Below are positions 26,292 to 34,542 of a stretch of DNA of 38,480 nt, one piece after another. The notes beneath the pieces are model-generated. The model saw nothing but the letters and a program-made list of their open reading frames with translations. It did no database searches and was not told the origin of the DNA. Both the position numbers and the translations under genes were made by a program. The stretch is from assembly GCA_035256745.1 (NCBI GenBank), contig DATEXQ010000002.1, forward strand, positions 1 to 38,480. Reading direction: 5' to 3'. Position 1 is the stretch's first letter. Each line of letters begins with the position of its first letter. This DNA is from Patescibacteria group bacterium. Its GTDB lineage: Bacteria; Patescibacteriota; Microgenomatia; UBA8517.

Positions 26292-29228
26292 ATGGAATAT
26301 ATAAAAATAAGAGGTGCAAGACAACACAATTTAAAAAACATTAATCTGGATATTCCCAAAAACAAAATGGTTGTTTTTACGGGAGTATCAGGTAGCGGAA
26401 AAAGTTCTTTGGCATTTGACACTATCTATGCAGAAGGGCAAAGAAGGTATGTGGAAAGTTTGTCTACTTATGCCAGACAATTTTTAGGGATAATGGAAAA
26501 ACCAGACGTTGATTTTATAGAAGGTCTATCTCCTGCAATATCCATTGATCAAAAGGGAACGTCTAAAAATCCTCGTTCAACTGTTGGAACAATAACCGAA
26601 ATATATGATTATTTAAGACTTCTTTTTGCAAGAGTAGGACATCCCCATTGCCCTATATGTAAAAAGGAAATATCAAGACAAACTATCGATCAAATAACCG
26701 ATTCGGTAATAAGTTTAATAAAGGAAAAATCAACATCTTCAAAACAATTGAGATATTTAATATTATCTCCTTTGGTTTTTGATAAAAAGGGTGAATTTAA
26801 TTCACTTTTTGATAACTTAAAAGCAAAAGGTTTTAAACAATTAAGAGTTGATGGATATATTAAAAATTTATCGAATGACTTTGTGTTGATTAAAACCAAT
26901 AAACATACAATAGAGGTCGTTGTAGATAAACTATCGGTAAATTTAAAAGATTTCAAAAACCAAATATATAAAGAAAATTTAAGAGGAAGAATTTCAGATT
27001 CTTTGGAACAATCTTTAAAACTTTCGGAGGGGTTGGTTGTTGTTTCTCAAATTCTTGATAAAACCTTTGAAATTCCTGAAATTCCCAAAAGCTTTAAAGA
27101 TCATTTGTTTTCAGAAAAATTTGCATGTCCTGTTGATAATATTCAAATTCCGGAGATAGAACCCAGAACATTTTCATTCAATTCTCCCCATGGAGCGTGT
27201 CCAAAATGCTTGGGTATAGGTAAAATTCTTAAAGTAGACAAGAATTTAGTATTTTCTGAAGAACTCACCATATCAGAAGGAGGAATTTTACCCTTTTCAA
27301 ACATGTTTGACCATGATACCTGGTATTCAAGGCTTATCCTTCAGGTTTGTAAAGAAAATAATATTGATCCCAAAATACCCATTAAAAATCTAAACAGTAA
27401 ACAAAAAGATATTATTCTTGAAGGAACTGGTTATCGCGATTATAAGGTGGATGGTATGAATAGGTTTGGAGTTCAGACTCGTATTTATGAGGCTTATTTT
27501 GGTGTAATTGCAGAATTGGAAAGAAGGTATAAAGAAAGCGAAAGCGATTGGGTAAGGACAGAAATAGAAAAATACATGAAAGAAAAAGTTTGCCCGGAAT
27601 GTAACGGAACAAGACTAAAAAAGGAAGCCTTAAATATAACAATCGATAATCTTTCAATATATGAAGTTACAAATAATTCAATAATGAAAACTATACATTG
27701 GATTGAAAAAATAACCGAAGGAAATGTTCTAAACATCAAGGAGAAAACAATATCCTCCCTTATATTAAAAGAGATTAATCAAAGACTAAATTTCTTAAAG
27801 TCCGTGGGGTTGAAATACTTGACTTTAAATAGAGGTTCTGCAACGCTTTCCGGAGGAGAAGCACAAAGAATAAGACTTGCTTCACAAATAGGATCAGGTT
27901 TAACTGGGGTGCTTTATGTTTTGGATGAACCTACCATAGGCCTTCATCAAAAGGATAATCTAATGCTAATTAATACTCTTAAAGAATTGAGGGATTTAGG
28001 AAATAGCCTGATTGTTGTAGAACACGACAAAGAGATGATGAATTCATGTGATTATATTTTTGATTTTGGAAAGGGAGCGGGAAAATTTGGAGGAGAAATT
28101 GTAGCTAAAGGAAATATTAAAGATTTAATAAATAATAAAAATTCGATTACCGGAAAATATCTATCAGGAGAAAGAAATATTGACTTAAAATTCAAAAATA
28201 GCGAAATTCTAAGTAAAAAATATCTAAAAATAACGGGGTGTAAAGAAAATAATCTAAAAAATATTGACGTTAAATTTCCATTATCAAAGCTCGTAGTAAT
28301 AACGGGAGTATCAGGAAGCGGTAAATCCACTTTAATCGTAGAAACTCTTTATAAAGCACTACTTGAAAATTTAAGATCAAGTTACAGGGGTAATGTGGGT
28401 ATTTATAAAAATATCGAAGGCATAGAAAACGTCGACAAGGTCATATTAATTGACCAGTCACCCATTGGCAGAACGCCAAGAAGTAATCCTGCAACTTACA
28501 CCAAAGTATTTGATGTAATAAGAGATGTTTTTGCACAAACGAAAGAAGCAAAAGTATCTGGATTTAAGAAAGGAAGATTTTCTTTTAATGTAAAAGGGGG
28601 AAGATGTGAATCCTGTGAAGGTCAGGGTCAAATTAGAATAGAAATGCAGTTTATGAGTGATATTTGGGTAAGCTGTGAAGTTTGTGGGGGTAAAAGATAC
28701 AATAACCAAACACTGGAAGTAACCTATAGAGGTAAAAACATAGCAGAAGTGCTTGCTATGACAGTAAGCGAAGCCAAGGAATTTTTTCATGCTCATTCAA
28801 AGATTGTAGAAAAACTGGAAACTTTAGAAGATGTGGGATTGGGTTACATAGAACTGGGGCAATCGGCAACAACACTCTCGGGTGGAGAAGCCCAAAGAGT
28901 AAAACTTTCTTCGGAATTGTCAAGAAAAGATACAGGAAAAACATTATATTTTTTGGATGAACCAACAACAGGACTTCATTTTGCCGATTTGGAGAAACTC
29001 TTAAGGGTATTAAAAGTTTTAGTTTCAAGAGGTAATAGTGTTTTTGTAATCGAACATAACCTGGATATTATTAAAAACGCCGACTGGGTAATAGATCTGG
29101 GTCCCGAAGGAGGAGAAAAAGGTGGATATCTGGTAGCCCAAGGAGAACCTAAAGAAATAGAAAAAAATAAAAATTCATTTACAGGCTATTATTTGAAAAA
29201 AATAGATCAATCTTTTGGTTTATACTAA
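26292..29228 (+). CDS. uvrA: Excinuclease ABC subunit A
   Basis: 978 aa. Two ABC ATPase modules (GVSGSGKSS and GVSGSGKST; LSGGEAQR twice) and Cys-rich zinc modules (CPICKK.., CPKCLGIG, CPECNGTR, CESCEGQG...CEVCGGKRY). Confidence 0.97.
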   Translation: MEYIKIRGARQHNLKNINLDIPKNKMVVFTGVSGSGKSSLAFDTIYAEGQRRYVESLSTYARQFLGIMEKPDVDFIEGLSPAISIDQKGTSKNPRSTVGTITEIYDYLRLLFARVGHPHCPICKKEISRQTIDQITDSVISLIKEKSTSSKQLRYLILSPLVFDKKGEFNSLFDNLKAKGFKQLRVDGYIKNLSNDFVLIKTNKHTIEVVVDKLSVNLKDFKNQIYKENLRGRISDSLEQSLKLSEGLVVVSQILDKTFEIPEIPKSFKDHLFSEKFACPVDNIQIPEIEPRTFSFNSPHGACPKCLGIGKILKVDKNLVFSEELTISEGGILPFSNMFDHDTWYSRLILQVCKENNIDPKIPIKNLNSKQKDIILEGTGYRDYKVDGMNRFGVQTRIYEAYFGVIAELERRYKESESDWVRTEIEKYMKEKVCPECNGTRLKKEALNITIDNLSIYEVTNNSIMKTIHWIEKITEGNVLNIKEKTISSLILKEINQRLNFLKSVGLKYLTLNRGSATLSGGEAQRIRLASQIGSGLTGVLYVLDEPTIGLHQKDNLMLINTLKELRDLGNSLIVVEHDKEMMNSCDYIFDFGKGAGKFGGEIVAKGNIKDLINNKNSITGKYLSGERNIDLKFKNSEILSKKYLKITGCKENNLKNIDVKFPLSKLVVITGVSGSGKSTLIVETLYKALLENLRSSYRGNVGIYKNIEGIENVDKVILIDQSPIGRTPRSNPATYTKVFDVIRDVFAQTKEAKVSGFKKGRFSFNVKGGRCESCEGQGQIRIEMQFMSDIWVSCEVCGGKRYNNQTLEVTYRGKNIAEVLAMTVSEAKEFFHAHSKIVEKLETLEDVGLGYIELGQSATTLSGGEAQRVKLSSELSRKDTGKTLYFLDEPTTGLHFADLEKLLRVLKVLVSRGNSVFVIEHNLDIIKNADWVIDLGPEGGEKGGYLVAQGEPKEIEKNKNSFTGYYLKKIDQSFGLY

Positions 29229-29237
29229 ATTATATTA

Positions 29238-31112
29238 ATGTTTAAAAAAGCTCTATTACTTCTTCTGATTTTTTTGTCAATTCTTTTTATATTACCCAGA
29301 AAGATGTTCGCAGAGGGAGAATTTATCACAGATTCGGAGGTAGAATATTATCTAAACGATGATGGCACTACAAGAGTAACTCACAACATGACTCTTGAGA
29401 ATGTATACGCCACACTTTATGCCAAGAGCTATACTTTAAAACTTGAAAATATTGAACCTTTAAATATTAAGGCATATCAAGGTAACGAAATATTAAGTGT
29501 TAATGAAACAAGACAGGATAATACGGTTAATCTTGAGGTTGAATTTCCCGATACTTTAGTGGGTAAAGGAGAAAAAAGAAATTTTTCTTTGGTATTTAAT
29601 GTAACTGATTTTGCGGTAAGAACAGGAGAAGTTTGGGAAATATCTATTCCAAAACTAATTATGCCTGAAAGTTATAGAAATTACAGCGTAATAATTTCCG
29701 TTCCCTCAAAGTTAGGTAACGAAGCTTACATATCACCAGAACCCCAGACTCGTCAATCAGTTTCAGGAAGAAATAATTTAATTTTTAATAAAGAGATGGT
29801 ATCAGAATCAGGAATTTCAGCTGGTTTTGGGGAATTCCAGATTTTTTCATTTGATTTAAATTATCATTTGGAAAATCCTTTAAACAAAACTGCAGAGACA
29901 GAAATTGCTGTTCCACCCGATACTGCTTTTCAAAAATTATATTACACATCTTTTAATGATAAACCCGAGTCCATAAGGGTTGATGAAGACGGAAATTGGT
30001 TGGCTTTATACAAGCTTAAAGCAAGAGAGAGGAAAGATATTAAAATATTGGGGTTTGTGCAAATTTATGCCAAAGAAAGAGATTTTTCTAAACCTTCAAC
30101 TGAAATACTTTCAAATAATTTAATTTCTAGCGAATTTTGGCAAAAAGATGATCCCGAAATTATTGATTTGGCAAAAGAACTAAAAACTCCAAAAAATATT
30201 TATGATTACGTTGTTAAAACTCTTTCCTATGACTACAAGAGGGTAAAACCAAACGAACAAAGATTGGGTGCAATTGAAGCACTTAAAAATTCATCATCTG
30301 CGATTTGCATGGAATATACGGATTTATTCATATCAATAGCAAGAGCAGCAAATATTCCTGCAAGAGGAATTGATGGTTATGCTTATACGGAAAATCCGGA
30401 AATACAACCTCTTTCTTTGGTTGCCGATGTTCTTCATTCTTGGCCTGAATACTGGGATAGTGAAAGGGGAGTCTGGATACAGATAGATCCCACCTGGGGA
30501 TCAACAACAGGGGGAATTGATTATTTTTCAAAACTAGATTTAAGACACTTTACATTCGTAATTCACGGAAAAGATCCCAGTAAACCCTATCCCCCAGGTT
30601 CATATAAATTAGGATCAAATCCGCAAAAAGATGTTTTCGTTAGTTTTGCCAAACTTCCGGAGATAAAAACGTCGGATGTTAATATATCTGCAAATATAAT
30701 TAAAAAGATACCTCTTATAGGGGCAACTATTGAGGTAAGTATCTATAATCCCGGTCCTGTTGCACTATACGACGTTAAACCTTTTGTTTATTTTGATAAA
30801 GATAAGTTAACTTTTGATACCATAAAAAGTCTTCCTCCGTTCACAACTTCAAAATTTAGCTTTAAGATCCCCTTTACTTTTCTGGGAACGAAAACACCCG
30901 AAAAAATAGTGATAATGGTTGAGGCTAAAAGACTGGAAATTCCCAGTTATAAATCATCCGTTATTTTAACAAGTCTTGTTTCTTTGTTTATAATATTACT
31001 TTTAATAACAATAATTATCGTTTTTAGATTTAAAAGGAATTCAATAAAAAATATATTTTCAAAAATTAAAAATGCAGTTAAATTTAAAAAAGATTCCCAA
31101 ATCCAGGAATAA
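29238..31112 (+). CDS. Envelope transglutaminase-like cysteine protease-fold protein with an N-terminal signal/anchor and a C-terminal TM helix
   Basis: N-terminal hydrophobic LLLLLIFLSILFIL and a C-terminal TM (VILTSLVSLFIILLLITIIIVF). Transglutaminase-core Cys-His-Asp pattern: SAICMEYTDLF, VLHSWPEYW, WIQIDPTWG. Confidence 0.8.
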   Translation: MFKKALLLLLIFLSILFILPRKMFAEGEFITDSEVEYYLNDDGTTRVTHNMTLENVYATLYAKSYTLKLENIEPLNIKAYQGNEILSVNETRQDNTVNLEVEFPDTLVGKGEKRNFSLVFNVTDFAVRTGEVWEISIPKLIMPESYRNYSVIISVPSKLGNEAYISPEPQTRQSVSGRNNLIFNKEMVSESGISAGFGEFQIFSFDLNYHLENPLNKTAETEIAVPPDTAFQKLYYTSFNDKPESIRVDEDGNWLALYKLKARERKDIKILGFVQIYAKERDFSKPSTEILSNNLISSEFWQKDDPEIIDLAKELKTPKNIYDYVVKTLSYDYKRVKPNEQRLGAIEALKNSSSAICMEYTDLFISIARAANIPARGIDGYAYTENPEIQPLSLVADVLHSWPEYWDSERGVWIQIDPTWGSTTGGIDYFSKLDLRHFTFVIHGKDPSKPYPPGSYKLGSNPQKDVFVSFAKLPEIKTSDVNISANIIKKIPLIGATIEVSIYNPGPVALYDVKPFVYFDKDKLTFDTIKSLPPFTTSKFSFKIPFTFLGTKTPEKIVIMVEAKRLEIPSYKSSVILTSLVSLFIILLLITIIIVFRFKRNSIKNIFSKIKNAVKFKKDSQIQE

Positions 31113-32406
31113 AGTAAATAAATTTCCCCAAACACCGGGAATATATGTTTTTTGGGAAAAGGCAACTCCTATATACATAGGCAAGGCAATAAACCTCAAA
31201 AAAAGAGTAATATCATACTTTTCAAATTCATTGATCGGAAAAACCAAAATAATGGTTGAAACTTCCAATCAAATTTCATACTTAAGAGTAAACAGCGAAC
31301 TGGAAGCAATACTTCTTGAAACGAAACTTGTCAATAAATATAAACCTAAATTTAATATTGAACTAAAAGACGACAAAAATCCTTTATACATAAGAATTTC
31401 AAAGGAAGAGTATCCCAGGATACTTATTGCCAGAAAAAATGATAATAAGTCTAAAAATATGGCATTTTTCGGACCCTTTCCGTCATCTAAAAAAGTAAAA
31501 GAAGTATTAAAGATGTTAAGAAACATATTTCCCTATTCAACACATAAGACAGGTAAAAGAGTGTGTTTTTATAACCAAATTAATTTATGTAAACCCTGTC
31601 CTTCGTATATAGAAAGCTTAAAAGATGAAAAATTAAAAAAATTATTAAGGGGAGAGTATAAAGATAATATCAAATCGATAAAAGGTATATTAACCGGAAG
31701 AATTAAATATATAAGAAAATCATTGGAGAAAAAAATGCTTTTGTATTCAAATGAAGAATATTTTGAAAAAGCCCAAAACTTAAAAAGAAAAATTGAGGCT
31801 CTTGATTATATAACAAGGCCTTCAACCGACATCAAAGAATACTTAAATAATCCTAATTTATATGAGGATTTAAGAAAAAAGGAGATGGATGAGCTTAAAG
31901 TTCTTTTGAATAGATTTTTCCCTATAAATGAAATTAAAAGAATTGAATGCTTTGACGTATCCAATTTATTCGGAACTTCAGCTACATCTTCAATGGTTAC
32001 TTTCATAAATGGCGAGGCTGATAAAAACTATTACAGGCGTTTTAAAATACATAATTTAAATAAAATTGATGACGTTTCTTCACTTGATGAGGTAATAAAA
32101 AGAAGGATAAAGCATTTTCAAGACTGGGGTAAACCGAATTTAATAATTGTTGATGGAGGTAAACCGCAAGTTGGAATGTTTTTTAAAAATCTTTCCGTTT
32201 ATAAAATTCCCACAATAGGGCTTGCTAAAAGATATGAAACCATGGTTATACCTTATAAAAATAGAAATTATGAAAAGATTAATTTTATTGAATATATATT
32301 ACCCAAAGGGGAAGCCAAAAACATACTACAGCGAATAAGAAATGAAGCTCACCGTTTTGCAATCTCCTACCACAAAAAACTTTTTAGAAAATCATTTTTT
32401 TCTTAA
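31072..32406 (+). CDS. uvrC: Excinuclease ABC subunit C, short form (444 aa) without the C-terminal (HhH)2 domain
   Basis: GIY-YIG (PGIYVFW..PIYIGKAINLKKRV), a UVR-like helix pair (EEYFEKAQNLKRKIEALDYI) and an RNase H-like endonuclease domain (IECFDVSN...IIVDGGKPQ...GLAKR...NEAHRFAISYH). The protein ends about 10 aa after HRFAI. The start overlaps the upstream gene by 41 nt. Confidence 0.9.
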   Translation: MQLNLKKIPKSRNKVNKFPQTPGIYVFWEKATPIYIGKAINLKKRVISYFSNSLIGKTKIMVETSNQISYLRVNSELEAILLETKLVNKYKPKFNIELKDDKNPLYIRISKEEYPRILIARKNDNKSKNMAFFGPFPSSKKVKEVLKMLRNIFPYSTHKTGKRVCFYNQINLCKPCPSYIESLKDEKLKKLLRGEYKDNIKSIKGILTGRIKYIRKSLEKKMLLYSNEEYFEKAQNLKRKIEALDYITRPSTDIKEYLNNPNLYEDLRKKEMDELKVLLNRFFPINEIKRIECFDVSNLFGTSATSSMVTFINGEADKNYYRRFKIHNLNKIDDVSSLDEVIKRRIKHFQDWGKPNLIIVDGGKPQVGMFFKNLSVYKIPTIGLAKRYETMVIPYKNRNYEKINFIEYILPKGEAKNILQRIRNEAHRFAISYHKKLFRKSFFS

Positions 32407-32413
32407 AGTTTTA

Positions 32414-32440
32414 TTTAGATATAAATATAACCTATCTAAA
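32414..32440. repeat. Inverted repeat TTTAGATA-N11-TATCTAAA between uvrC and the next gene
   Basis: Perfect 8-bp arms and an AT-rich stem. Could be a weak terminator or a binding site. Confidence 0.25.
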
Positions 32441-32442
32441 AA

Positions 32443-32451
32443 TGTTATAAT
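32443..32451 (+). promoter_or_regulatory. Extended -10 promoter element TGtTATAAT, ending 6 nt before the ATG at 32458
   Basis: Exact TGnTATAAT. The same nonamer, TGTTATAAT, recurs at 32902-32910. Confidence 0.5.
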
Positions 32452-32457
32452 TTTTTT

Positions 32458-32859
32458 ATGAAGGGTATATTTAGGATTTATTTAATTGAAACCTTTTCTC
32501 TTTATCTAATAAGTTCAGTTATATCGGGAATTGTATTTGAAAATGGTATTCAGACTCTTCTTTTGGCAGGATTAGGATTTACGATAGCAACCTCAATTGC
32601 AAAACCTGTCATTAATATATTACTTTTGCCTTTAAACCTAATGACTTTTGGACTTTTTCGCTTTGTTTCAAGTGCTGTAGCTTTATATATAGTTACTTTG
32701 GTTGTGCCCGGGTTTAATCTAACGGGATTTATGTTTCAAGGATTTGCAAGTGAATGGTTTAGTATTCCTGTAATATCACTTACTGGATTTTTGGCATTTA
32801 TTGCTTTTTCTTTTGTTTTTTCAGTACTGACCACATTTCTCCATTGGCTTATAAAGTAA
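32458..32859 (+). CDS. Four-TM membrane protein, phage-holin-4/DUF360-like
   Basis: 133 aa with four hydrophobic segments and a VVPGFNLTGF motif reminiscent of PF04020 members. Tentative. Confidence 0.5.
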   Translation: MKGIFRIYLIETFSLYLISSVISGIVFENGIQTLLLAGLGFTIATSIAKPVINILLLPLNLMTFGLFRFVSSAVALYIVTLVVPGFNLTGFMFQGFASEWFSIPVISLTGFLAFIAFSFVFSVLTTFLHWLIK

Positions 32860-32901
32860 TTTAAGATTTTTTATTTATTATTTCAAAACAGAACTCAATC
32901 C

Positions 32902-32910
32902 TGTTATAAT
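32902..32910 (+). promoter_or_regulatory. Extended -10 promoter element TGtTATAAT, 12 nt upstream of the secG ATG
   Basis: Exact TGnTATAAT read from the sequence. Confidence 0.45.
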
Positions 32911-32922
32911 TCTAATAATTAA

Positions 32923-33135
32923 ATGATCATAATATTCGCTATTCAAATAATAACTGCTATTGTTGTAATCGGACTTATTCTAATTCAATCCAAAGGAACG
33001 GGTTTGGGAAGAGCTTTTGGATCAAGTTTTTCGTCTAGTTTTACCAGAAGAGGATTGGAAAAATTGATATTTAAGGGAACTTTTGTAGCCACAGCTGTTT
33101 TTATAGTAATTTCAATTTGGCTTATACTTTTGTAA
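32923..33135 (+). CDS. secG: Preprotein translocase subunit SecG
   Basis: 70 aa with two TM helices flanking LIQSKGTGLGRAFGSS, the typical SecG loop. Confidence 0.8.
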   Translation: MIIIFAIQIITAIVVIGLILIQSKGTGLGRAFGSSFSSSFTRRGLEKLIFKGTFVATAVFIVISIWLILL

Positions 33136-33142
33136 TTTCTTT

Positions 33143-34462
33143 ATGCTACATACTCTTCGTTACCTAATAAGATTATCTTTTGCATTCGTAAAAAGATTCA
33201 AAGGTTTAATTTTTGGGGGAATTTTAATTGGAATTATTTTATTTCTTATTTTTGGATTTTTAGGACCTAAATTTATGGGAAAAAGCGTAAAAAGAATAGG
33301 AATAACGGGAAGATACCATAGTGATAGTTTACCCAGAAATATTCAGGAAATGATAGGTAAAGGCTTAACTTCTGTAAACGACAGTGGAGAAGTAGCACCT
33401 GATTTGGCTAAAAAATGGGAAACTCCTGATAAGGGTAAAACATGGATATTTACACTTAATGACAATATTTATTGGCAAGATAAAACTTTAATTACAAGTA
33501 AAGACATTAATTATAATTTTTCGGATGTTGAAATAGAAAAACCGGACGATAAAACAATAATATTTAAATTAAAAGATAAATTCTCACCGTTTCCGTCAGT
33601 CGTATCTCAACCCATATTTAAAAAGGGACTTCTTGGAGCAGGTGATTGGAAAATTCAAGATATTATTTTATCAGGAAGTTTTGTTCAACAAATAAACATA
33701 GAAAAGAAAAAAGAAAAACAAATTATTAGATTCTATCCAACAGAAGAAACTTCAAAAAATGCATTTAAAATGGGAAAAGTTGATATCTTAGAAGATTTAT
33801 ATAATCCAACCCCTTTTATTGACTGGAAAACAGTACGGGTTATTAAAACATGGGATAAAAATTTGATAGTAACACTTTTTTTTAATACACAAGATCCAAT
33901 ACTTTCTGAAAAAACATTAAGACAAGCTCTTTTTTATGCCATTAATAAAAACTTTGACGGACCAAGGGCAATATCTCCTATTTCTCAATATTCCTGGGCA
34001 TATAATCCTCAAGTTAAAACATATGATTTTGATCAAAAAAGAGCAAAAGAAATTATTGATGCTCTTCCCGAAGAAGCAAAGGTAGATTTAAAAATAAATC
34101 TTGTAAGTGCACCGGTACTTCTTCCCATTGCAGAAAAAATAGCACAGGATTGGAAAAATGCAGGGATTGACTCACAAATTTTGGTATCATCCGTAATTCC
34201 ACAGGATTTTCAAGCATACCTGGCAATTTTTGAGATTCCCAAAGATCCTGACCAATACGCAATATGGCATTCAACCCAGGAATCTACAAATATTTCAAAT
34301 TACAAAAACCCAAGAATAGATAAACTCCTTGAAGACGGAAGAGCGGAATTGGATCTAAATCAAAGAAGATCAATTTATCTGGATTTTCAAAGATTCCTTC
34401 TTGAAGATGTACCCGCAGCTTTTCTTTATAATCCCTCTACCTACCAAATAGTAAGAAAATAG
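33143..34462 (+). CDS. Membrane-anchored family-5 (peptide/nickel type) ABC substrate-binding protein, short form
   Basis: N-terminal TM helix followed by SBP_bac_5-like segments (LTSVNDSGEVAPDLAKKWE..D.KTWIFTLNDNIYWQD; YKNPRIDKLLEDGR). No permease or ATPase genes adjacent. Confidence 0.7.
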   Translation: MLHTLRYLIRLSFAFVKRFKGLIFGGILIGIILFLIFGFLGPKFMGKSVKRIGITGRYHSDSLPRNIQEMIGKGLTSVNDSGEVAPDLAKKWETPDKGKTWIFTLNDNIYWQDKTLITSKDINYNFSDVEIEKPDDKTIIFKLKDKFSPFPSVVSQPIFKKGLLGAGDWKIQDIILSGSFVQQINIEKKKEKQIIRFYPTEETSKNAFKMGKVDILEDLYNPTPFIDWKTVRVIKTWDKNLIVTLFFNTQDPILSEKTLRQALFYAINKNFDGPRAISPISQYSWAYNPQVKTYDFDQKRAKEIIDALPEEAKVDLKINLVSAPVLLPIAEKIAQDWKNAGIDSQILVSSVIPQDFQAYLAIFEIPKDPDQYAIWHSTQESTNISNYKNPRIDKLLEDGRAELDLNQRRSIYLDFQRFLLEDVPAAFLYNPSTYQIVRK

Positions 34463-34503
34463 TAAATTAAATAGCTTAAAATGTATTTTCTTAATTCTAG
34501 GTA

Positions 34504-34532
34504 TTGACAACATCTTTAACATATTCTAGTCT
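34504..34532 (+). promoter_or_regulatory. Candidate promoter of the copper operon: TTGACA-17-TAGTCT; the -10 ends 6 nt before the ATG at 34539
   Basis: Consensus -35 and an exact 17-nt spacer, counted directly from the sequence. Confidence 0.5.
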
Positions 34533-34542
34533 TCGAATATGT
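34519..34542. promoter_or_regulatory. Inverted repeat ACATATTC-N8-GAATATGT overlapping the -10 and the start codon; candidate ArsR-family operator
   Basis: Perfect 8-bp arms. The right arm contains the ATG (34539-34541) of the regulator gene. Confidence 0.5.

Noticed and set aside
26132-26422. A 96-aa minus-strand ORF spanning the uvrA start and the upstream spacer.
   Set aside because: It overlaps the UvrA N-terminus (Walker A region) on the opposite strand. It has no start context or motif and is most likely spurious.
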